DNA from: Aestuariivirga sp.
GTDB lineage: Bacteria; Pseudomonadota; Alphaproteobacteria; Rhizobiales; Aestuariivirgaceae
DNA length: 64,000 nt
Reading direction: 5' to 3'
Assembly (NCBI RefSeq): GCF_044238155.1
Contig: NZ_JBIIDX010000001.1
Span: forward strand, 3,810-67,809
The notes under the pieces are model-generated. The model did not search any database, was not told where the DNA came from, and worked only from the letters and a program-made list of their open reading frames with translations. Position numbers and translations under genes: made by a program. Below are positions 47,677 through 55,138 of the stretch, piece by piece (within the stretch, counting starts at the first letter, position 1; each line of letters opens with the position of its first letter).

Positions 47677-48819
47677 TCAGCCTGTCTCGCGGGCCAGAAC
47701 GGCAAGCACTCGTTCCCGCTGGTTTTCGGTGAGTGTAGCAAATATCGGAAGGCTTATAGCGCGACCATAGTAGCTCTCAGCAGATTGGAAGTTATCCGAA
47801 TTAAATCCCATGCGCTGATACCATGGGTGCCGATAGACGGGTATGTAGTGGAGATTGACCCCAATACCATGTTTGCGCAGTCCCTGAAAAATCGTGCGGT
47901 GTTGATCAGGATCAACCTGGATCACATAAAGATGCCAACTTGACAGAGTGTCTGGATGCTGATGCGGTCGTATAACATTCAGATCGACCAGCGCTGCATC
48001 ATAGGCTGCCGCATGGGCGCGGCGCGCTGATAGATAATGATCGAGCTGCATCATCTGGCTGGTGCCTAATGCAGCAGCAATGTCGGTAAGCCTATAATTC
48101 CATCCCAATTCAATTTGTTCATAATACCAAGAGCCATCATAGCGTGACATTTTATCGCGATCGCGGGTAATGCCATGACTCCTCAACATGCGCATGCGCT
48201 CGGCGAGAGCAGCATCTTGGGTGGTCGCAATTCCTCCTTCGCCTGTGGTTACGATCTTTACAGGATGAAAGCTGAATATGCAGATATCTGACCATCTGCA
48301 GTCGCCAACCGGTTTGCCGTGATAGCTGGCGCCAATCGCATGACTGGCATCCTCTATCACGCAAATTCCATATTTCTTCGCCAAGACACCGATGCGACTC
48401 ATTTCACAAGATTGGCCGGCGAAATGAACTGGAACGATGATTTTTGGCAGCCGGCCTTCACGTGCAGCCACCAAAAGTTTTTCCTCTAGGGCATCAGGAC
48501 TCATGCAGTAGGTTAATGGGTCAATGTCGACGAAATCGACTGATGCGCCACAATAAACCGCACAATTGGCAGAGGCAACAAAAGTGATAGGCGAAGTCCA
48601 TAGCTGATCGCCCGGGCCAAGCCCCAGTGCAAGGCACGCGATGTGCAGTGCCGAAGTTGCCGAATTCACAGCGATGGCATGGGCAGCCCCAACCCGGTCC
48701 GCAACAGCCTGCTCGAATGCTGGCACCGCAGGTCCCTGGGTGAGGAAGTCCGAACGCAAGACCTTGACCACCGCATCGATGTCCGCTTCTGTGATAGTTT
48801 GGCGTCCATAGGGAATCAT
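47677..48819 (-). CDS. pseC: UDP-4-amino-4,6-dideoxy-N-acetyl-beta-L-altrosamine transaminase
   Basis: 380 aa. MIPYGRQTITEADIDAVVKVLRSDFLTQGP, a DegT/DnrJ/EryC1 family member. Confidence 0.85.
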   Translation of the reverse strand: MIPYGRQTITEADIDAVVKVLRSDFLTQGPAVPAFEQAVADRVGAAHAIAVNSATSALHIACLALGLGPGDQLWTSPITFVASANCAVYCGASVDFVDIDPLTYCMSPDALEEKLLVAAREGRLPKIIVPVHFAGQSCEMSRIGVLAKKYGICVIEDASHAIGASYHGKPVGDCRWSDICIFSFHPVKIVTTGEGGIATTQDAALAERMRMLRSHGITRDRDKMSRYDGSWYYEQIELGWNYRLTDIAAALGTSQMMQLDHYLSARRAHAAAYDAALVDLNVIRPHQHPDTLSSWHLYVIQVDPDQHRTIFQGLRKHGIGVNLHYIPVYRHPWYQRMGFNSDNFQSAESYYGRAISLPIFATLTENQRERVLAVLARETG

Positions 48820-49817
48820 TATATGGCCCCGATTTTGGACCGGTTCTGATCAATCCACCTCGCAAGAGAGTCCGGGGTCATCCAGTCCGGGTTGCCATCA
48901 CTCGTGTAGCTGAAAGCCTCAGCAACTGCCTTTCCATTCTTGATCCGCTTGCTGTCTGCAGACCAATTATTGATTGCTGGCAATACTTTATAATAGGAAT
49001 CATATTCATATGTATGTGACGCGTCTTCGGCTCCGATCATCTGCTCGTGAAGCTTCTCTCCTGGGCGAATTCCCACGATCTCGTGCTTGGCATCGGGTGC
49101 TATGACCCGCGCGATGTCTGTTACTTTCATTGATGGTATCTTCTTCACATAGACTTCGCCGCCAACCATGTCTTCGAAAGCGTGCCAGACAAGCTCAACG
49201 CCTTGTTCGAGGCTGATCATGAAACGGGTCATGCGTGGGTCTGTAATGGGAAGTATACCCTTGTCTCTGACTGACATAAAGAAAGGAATGACCGAGCCGC
49301 GCGAGCCCATCACATTACCGTATCGGACGACGCTGAACCGGGTCTTGTGCTCGCCAGAATAGGAGTTACCAGCTACAAACAGCTTGTCGGAAGCCAGCTT
49401 GGATGCGCCGTAAAGATTGATCGGTGCAGAAGCCTTGTCGGTTGACAAGGCTACCACCGCCCTCACTCCTTTGTCGATTGCAGCGTCAATCACATTCATG
49501 GCGCCAGTTACATTGGTCTTGATGCACTCAAACGGATTATACTCAGCTGTTGGCACGATCTTGGTAGCGGCAGCATGAACCACATAGTCCACTCCATCGA
49601 AGGCGCGATAAAGCCGTTCACGATCCCGAACATCACCAATGAAGAAGCGCACTCTTGGATCCGAGCCATATGTTTTGGCCATTTCCCACTGCTTCATTTC
49701 ATCTCTCGAAAAGACAATGATCTTTTTGGGATTGAAACGCATCAGGGTCATCGGCAAGAAAGCATTGCCGAAAGAGCCTGTACCGCCGGTTATCAATATG
49801 ATGGAGTTGGATAGCAT
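48819..49817 (-). CDS. pseB: UDP-N-acetylglucosamine 4,6-dehydratase (inverting)
   Basis: 332 aa. ILITGGTGSFGNAF...FSRDEMKQ...GDVRD. Its size and motifs match PseB/FlaA1. Confidence 0.9.
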   Translation of the reverse strand: MLSNSIILITGGTGSFGNAFLPMTLMRFNPKKIIVFSRDEMKQWEMAKTYGSDPRVRFFIGDVRDRERLYRAFDGVDYVVHAAATKIVPTAEYNPFECIKTNVTGAMNVIDAAIDKGVRAVVALSTDKASAPINLYGASKLASDKLFVAGNSYSGEHKTRFSVVRYGNVMGSRGSVIPFFMSVRDKGILPITDPRMTRFMISLEQGVELVWHAFEDMVGGEVYVKKIPSMKVTDIARVIAPDAKHEIVGIRPGEKLHEQMIGAEDASHTYEYDSYYKVLPAINNWSADSKRIKNGKAVAEAFSYTSDGNPDWMTPDSLARWIDQNRSKIGAI

Positions 49818-50083
49818 AGGTCCACTCTTGTATGTTTTCCAGTTGCTCCGGCAATCCGAAGCACGTGCCAGTACCAGCGGTAGCGGCAGAAGACCAAAAC
49901 GCGATACCCCTATAGTTCCTTACCGCTGGAGGCAAGCCATAGAACCAGCCTAGTCCTCAGCCTGGTTGATACGAAGAGTGTAAAAATATGAATAATCTCA
50001 CATTATCAACATCTTAAGAGCACTTCACCACCAAAGTCCAAAGTGGGGCTCGTGCAAATGGCACCAGACGCACCATTTCTCGG

Positions 50084-50818
50084 TCAATTCCCATCTCGTC
50101 GGTTTTTGCAATAAATCAGCAGGTGAGGCGTAGTCTTGCTCTTGGCAAGAAAAGGAAAGAGCAAATATAATTTGGACAGTAGATTTGCGATGGTTCTGTG
50201 CCGTTTTTCCGACGCCCTGCCGTATTCCCGTATTTCAACTTCCACAAAACTGTCTGAAGCGATCTTCTCTATAGCGCCAAAATAATCCCTTGCTCTTGGC
50301 CCCACATTTACAAGAAGAGATCCTCCGCGGTTTGTAGCATGAACGCACTTTTCATAGGCAATCACCGCATTTCCTTCATCAAATCGAGTGTTTATCCCGA
50401 TTGTCTCAAGACAGACCACAAAGTCGCCTTTTATGTCTGGTGGAATGTCTTCGATCTTGCAGACGATGCCTCTTCCCCCAGTCGTGGCTTGGCCCGTCTC
50501 AATCCGTTCTTCATCAGCATCAAGGCCAAAATAGTTCTCTGTCTTGAACATCGGCTTGTTTTTCATGTAACCACAAGCAATATCCAGCCCAGATTTGAAT
50601 CCCTGTGATTCCCTCATCAATTCTTCGACCCACATCCAAAGAAGCTGTTTGCTTGCTCGCCTGCTTTGTCTCATCATGATGCTATCAAAGGCAAAAGCCC
50701 GCCCTCTATTGGAATCAAAAAATTCATGGTTACGAATAGGATGATTACCGGGCTCATAATCTGTGGTCAACAGCAGCACGAAGGTATAGCGATGCGGAAC
50801 AGCATAAAGGTCTTGCAA
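50084..50818 (-). CDS. probable class I SAM methyltransferase-like protein
   Basis: 244 aa from TTG at 50818 (an internal ATG at MMRQSRR is possible). LDIACGY and GLDADEE resemble motifs I and post-I. It is the lowest-GC gene in the window. Confidence 0.45.
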   Translation of the reverse strand: MQDLYAVPHRYTFVLLLTTDYEPGNHPIRNHEFFDSNRGRAFAFDSIMMRQSRRASKQLLWMWVEELMRESQGFKSGLDIACGYMKNKPMFKTENYFGLDADEERIETGQATTGGRGIVCKIEDIPPDIKGDFVVCLETIGINTRFDEGNAVIAYEKCVHATNRGGSLLVNVGPRARDYFGAIEKIASDSFVEVEIREYGRASEKRHRTIANLLSKLYLLFPFLAKSKTTPHLLIYCKNRRDGN

Positions 50819-50972
50819 ATGTTGAATTGAGGCAGATCAAGGGTTGCTAGAAAAATGTTGAACCGCCCTCATGCGTAAGATACAGAGCGACTCGAGGTTG
50901 CGCGGTAGCTCTCGTCAGTTTGTCCAATCGTAGTCAAGGCTGAGCAAGCCCGACAGCTCATGAGGTGCTGAA

Positions 50973-52328
50973 TTGGCGCGCATTTACATCAACATAGAAA
51001 TACAGAAGCGTGAGTTCGACGGAAGATTTTTGCTGGCCCTGATAGCAGCAGAACGTGGACATACCGTGCTGTTGGGTAACTTGAAGCCATTACTCCGCAA
51101 AGGTCTTCTGGCTCCCGGCATAATACTTGATAAGAGCCTGACCCCGCGGCCGGAAAAGCTTCTCATGATGAAGAATTCAAAAGAGCGCGGTTTTCTCGTA
51201 ACGAGTATTGACGAGGAAAGCGGTATTCTGCAGGGCGATTATTCGGCTTTTGCCAAAAAGCGCTACTCGGAGGAGTCCTTGCGGCTTGCGGATGCCGTAT
51301 TCTTCTGGGGACCCCATGACTTCGGTCACATGAACGAAGCCTTTCCAGCATTCCGTGACCGCTTTCATGTCACTGGCAATCCAAGAGTTGACATTTGGCG
51401 CTCTGAACTCACCCAATATTTTAGCAAGGCGAATCCCAATCCCCGGCCCTATGTGTTGCTGCCGTCTAACTTCAGCAGCATTTTCAGCCGCGATGATCTT
51501 GCAGTATCAATCAAGCGGCTCTGCCGAATGGGTTACATTGAGGAAAATGCGGTAGGGGATGCTTGGGAGGCGCGCACCTACCGCTACTGGCAGGAGGGCG
51601 TTGAGCTTGGTTGGGAGTTCATAACCGCGTTCAGACGTCTGGCTCGTCAATTTCCTGCGCTGGACTTCATCGTACGTCCTCATCCGACGGAATCTCCCGA
51701 TCTATGGAGGCAGCTTCTGCGCCCGCGGGAAAATCTCTCTATAAAGTCGGAGGGAAGCATTTCGCCGTGGATCCGACATGCGCGCGTTGTTGTAAATCAC
51801 GGATGTACAAGTGCTCTGGAAACCGCTCTTTCCGGTGTACCTCTGGTCAGTTACGAGCCTGCTATCAACCATAATTCTGATCTAGTTTTCCCGAAGAGAC
51901 TGGGGCTTTGTGCGCGCACCTACGATGAGCTTGAAACAGCCGTCAGTGAAGTCGTTTGTTCGAAACACAGGAATACAACGTCGTCTGACCTGGCTGTATT
52001 GAGTACAAGGCTGGCTGCGATCACGGGAAGGTTTGCGGCTGAGAGAATTGTAGATATCTGGGATGCGCTCGACAATCCGTTGCTCCGGAAAGGCGATCTT
52101 TGGTCTGATGAGCCAGGGTCGCGTCTTAGGGTAATGCCCTACCGTGTCGATGCTTACAAACTCTTGTCGATGGCTGGCTTCGGTCCCCAGAACTGGACTT
52201 CCTGGAAGTTCCCGCCATTTGATCAACGTGAAGTGCTTGAAGCAAAGTCCCTATTTGTCCAGACGCTTCGGCGTTTCGAAAAAGTGCCTGTCAGCCTGCT
52301 TGGGCCGCGTATAATCAGGGTCGGATGA
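50973..52328 (+). CDS. 'surface carbohydrate biosynthesis protein'-type protein (uncharacterised; possible GT-B-like transferase)
   Basis: 451 aa. The N-terminus IYINIEIQKREFDGRFLLALIAAERGHTVLLG matches my recollection of that family. The function is not established. Confidence 0.5.
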   Translation: MARIYINIEIQKREFDGRFLLALIAAERGHTVLLGNLKPLLRKGLLAPGIILDKSLTPRPEKLLMMKNSKERGFLVTSIDEESGILQGDYSAFAKKRYSEESLRLADAVFFWGPHDFGHMNEAFPAFRDRFHVTGNPRVDIWRSELTQYFSKANPNPRPYVLLPSNFSSIFSRDDLAVSIKRLCRMGYIEENAVGDAWEARTYRYWQEGVELGWEFITAFRRLARQFPALDFIVRPHPTESPDLWRQLLRPRENLSIKSEGSISPWIRHARVVVNHGCTSALETALSGVPLVSYEPAINHNSDLVFPKRLGLCARTYDELETAVSEVVCSKHRNTTSSDLAVLSTRLAAITGRFAAERIVDIWDALDNPLLRKGDLWSDEPGSRLRVMPYRVDAYKLLSMAGFGPQNWTSWKFPPFDQREVLEAKSLFVQTLRRFEKVPVSLLGPRIIRVG

Positions 52329-52363
52329 CGTCTTGTGTCTTGAGTTGGTTAAGTGAATTGCTG

Positions 52364-53278
52364 TTACACTGCAAAAAGTGGCTGTTCGTCCAGGGTTGGT
52401 GTCCGAAGCATCAAATCCAATGCATCGTGTCGAACATGGTTGAGTTTCATTTCGTGCCGGATCAAGCCATCGGTTACGATGCCCTTATCGTAACACTCTC
52501 GCAGCAATCCGAAGAATAGTCGCTCTTGTTTAGGGTCAGGATGCGGTTTGTAGCTTCCCATCAAACCGTATTCGCCGAAAAATTTACGACGCAGGCGATG
52601 ATAAACATTCTTGGGTGTAAATGCGCCCTTGGTTTCGGGTGGTCGGAAGTCTACCGGCAGTCCTGACTTCCACGGCTGGGTCAGGCGCTTGGTGTTGTGA
52701 AGCATTCGTGTTTGCTGGGAAAGCTGATCAAAGTCGTTCCAGACCGTTTCGAGCAGCCCAATCGTCTCTTGTGGCTCGAGTTGCAGCGTGATCCACTTCA
52801 TATAGTCGCGTCGAAATTCAAACATTTCCTCGAAATTTGTACGCACATTCCAGTGTGCAAGCTTGGTGTTATCGAGCAGCATAACGCTTGATGCCCAGAC
52901 ATCCTGTTTGCTGCCGGCACGGTGGCGTGCCATGATTGCAACTCCCCTCATGTCACGCGCTATGAGTTCGTTGACGTCGGAAATACAGAAGACATCTGGG
53001 TCAACGACAAGTGAGCGTCCCTGATAATTCATGAGCTCAGGTGGCGCGAAGCGCAGCACAGTAAAGGACTGAAGGTCTTCATTCAGCCACTCTCGCTTTA
53101 GCCCGTCGCGCAGATAAGCTTGGCCTTCGCGGTTCTTCATCCAGGCATAGTTGGTGGTCTCGATCAGGCGTACGTCAAAAGCAGACGGATCAGCAGAAAA
53201 TCTTTCAAATGAGTATTTTGAGACGAGCGCGCCGATGCTTTGCTTCTCATTGGTGTGAATGAAGATGGTGGGCTTCAT
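52364..53278 (-). CDS. GT8-like GT-A nucleotide-sugar transferase, copy 2
   Basis: 304 aa. It aligns along its full length with 36776..37702 (for example KQSIGALVS, REGQAYLR, DLQSFT, YQGRSLVVDPDVF, SSVMLLD). Confidence 0.5.
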   Translation of the reverse strand: MKPTIFIHTNEKQSIGALVSKYSFERFSADPSAFDVRLIETTNYAWMKNREGQAYLRDGLKREWLNEDLQSFTVLRFAPPELMNYQGRSLVVDPDVFCISDVNELIARDMRGVAIMARHRAGSKQDVWASSVMLLDNTKLAHWNVRTNFEEMFEFRRDYMKWITLQLEPQETIGLLETVWNDFDQLSQQTRMLHNTKRLTQPWKSGLPVDFRPPETKGAFTPKNVYHRLRRKFFGEYGLMGSYKPHPDPKQERLFFGLLRECYDKGIVTDGLIRHEMKLNHVRHDALDLMLRTPTLDEQPLFAV

Positions 53279-53352
53279 GGCGTTAATCCTTCCAAATGTC
53301 TTGCGGATGACGTCCAGAGGTCATACACTTCGCGATAGCAAAACTTATCCAG

Positions 53353-54360
53353 TTACTCAACCTTTCCCAGAACAAGCTGACGGAGTCGTTCTGCAACGCG
53401 AGCGGTATCGTCCGGCAACGGTTCTGCTGGACGGGAGAACACCTTCCCGAGAACTGCTGCGTGCCCGCTTTCGTAAAGCGGCACGATTGCCCTTCTGAGG
53501 TCACGTGCGCGGAACGCCACAGCCAGCCTGTCCCACCAGCCGGTCAAACCAGTGCGAATGGATGGTTCCGCTATCATCATTGGTTTTCCGAGTCTTGCCA
53601 CCTCAATGATCATTGAGAGGCTGTCTGCCGTCACAACGAAGTTGTCTCCATGGGCGAGAAGGCCGAGATAGGGGTTTTCGATGTCAGGTGTTCCCCAGCG
53701 GAAGAGCCGATCTTGTGGTCGGAGATGGGCTTCAAGTGCAACTGCCACCTTGTTTGGCGTACGGCGCGAAGCCGACACGTAAATGCTGCCGCTAGACGCA
53801 AAGCTTTGCTGCATGGTGCCCAGCACGGAAATGGCAAAGTTCGGATCAAGTTTCCGTAACCCCATGTCGCCTCCCAGGAGAAGAACGCTGAGTGGCCGCT
53901 GAAGCACATCGAACTGTGCCGCAAAGGCTGCATGCGCCGCTTCGACCTGACTTGGGTCAATACCGATCAGAGGCATGCGAATTTGCAGTTCGTTGGAATG
54001 CCCCGATGCCCGATAATAGGGCGGCAGAACAATCAGGTCGAAGGCAGATGCCCTTCCCTTGGCTGCATTGAAAAGTGCTACACGTGTGCGACCTCCGGAT
54101 TGCTGTTTGATCCAGAGCGCTACGAGCGAGAGATCACGGCCGATGGTCAGGACCGCGTCTGGCCAAGGCGGACCCAGTGGATCCGAAGCGACGACGTCAA
54201 GGTGACGGATCGTCGGGCGGACACGGGGTTTCAACCCCTGCTGTCCCTTCCGTATGACAATTGTCTTGATCTCATAAGGCAGGCGGGAAGCCTCGGCTGC
54301 GCGCAGGATCTGCGAATTGTCACCGGCCTTTGGCCCGGTCAGAACCCATAGGCTTGGCAG
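53353..54360 (-). CDS. ELM1 / DUF1022 family protein, copy 3 (apparent CTG start)
   Basis: The track gives 53353..54234 (TTG). The in-frame upstream 42 codons encode (L)PSLWVLTGPKAGDNSQILRAAEASRLPYEIKTIVI, homologous to the N-termini of copies 1 and 2. The only in-frame start candidate after the TAA is CTG at 54360, 6 nt after AAGAGGAGG. Confidence 0.55.
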   Translation of the reverse strand: MPSLWVLTGPKAGDNSQILRAAEASRLPYEIKTIVIRKGQQGLKPRVRPTIRHLDVVASDPLGPPWPDAVLTIGRDLSLVALWIKQQSGGRTRVALFNAAKGRASAFDLIVLPPYYRASGHSNELQIRMPLIGIDPSQVEAAHAAFAAQFDVLQRPLSVLLLGGDMGLRKLDPNFAISVLGTMQQSFASSGSIYVSASRRTPNKVAVALEAHLRPQDRLFRWGTPDIENPYLGLLAHGDNFVVTADSLSMIIEVARLGKPMMIAEPSIRTGLTGWWDRLAVAFRARDLRRAIVPLYESGHAAVLGKVFSRPAEPLPDDTARVAERLRQLVLGKVE

Positions 54361-54466
54361 TGTTTACCTCCTCTTGATCCGCTAACTCATTAGAACGGTT
54401 TGAAGTGATTTTCGACAGGAAATCAGAGAATGACGCATCTTGCGGAAGGATCGCTGGAAGCTCGTC

Positions 54467-55138
54467 CTAGAAGTCGTAACCTAGCAGCTGGATTGTCCGG
54501 TCCCAGCGAGCCGCCACCAAGTCTCTGCTTGAGGCCGTATAGTAGCTACGATAGTCTCGTGCTTCGCGATAGTTCCGCTTATCTTCAGGCAAGATGCCAA
54601 GGGCAAGGCCTGTTTGCGCTGCGATTTCGTTGACCGCGCTACTCAGCTCCTCGAAGCGGTATACCTTGTCTACTGCCACCAGCCCGTTCTCGGTGTACAG
54701 GTCCCAATTACTGATGATAGGGTATTCGTGGAGGAAACGGTCAAAATCCCAGTGAGAGGCTCTCTCCTTGCGCCGATAGAAAAACCAGTAACTTACAATG
54801 AAGTCCCAGGGGTTTCGATCGAAAGCATATTTTCGGTATTGCCCGAATGCGTCGGCTGACAGCCAGCGCCTAATCTGGCTGATCGGCATGTGGTCGTAGG
54901 CGAAGCGATGATGAAGCCAATGGTCGCGACCGATCCACTCGCGTGCACGAAACCATTTTGCCGACAATATGTCTGCAGGCCAAAGGCTGTAATAGTTCCT
55001 GCCGGCGACGGCTGGCAAAGAAATCGGCGTCCACGTATCACGAGGGTCCAGGTGTGGAATAATGGCGCGCTCAAGACTGGTAGAAGCAGTCTTTCGCGTC
55101 TTTACCAGGATGAAGCGGCGTGAGTGCGACAGGATCAT
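54467..55138 (-). CDS. sulfotransferase family protein (Sulfotransfer_2-like)
   Basis: 223 aa. N-terminal FILVKTRKTASTSL (5'-PSB-like) and DRNPWDFIVSYW (3'-PB-like). 4-nt overlap with the ABC exporter gene. Confidence 0.6.
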   Translation of the reverse strand: MILSHSRRFILVKTRKTASTSLERAIIPHLDPRDTWTPISLPAVAGRNYYSLWPADILSAKWFRAREWIGRDHWLHHRFAYDHMPISQIRRWLSADAFGQYRKYAFDRNPWDFIVSYWFFYRRKERASHWDFDRFLHEYPIISNWDLYTENGLVAVDKVYRFEELSSAVNEIAAQTGLALGILPEDKRNYREARDYRSYYTASSRDLVAARWDRTIQLLGYDF

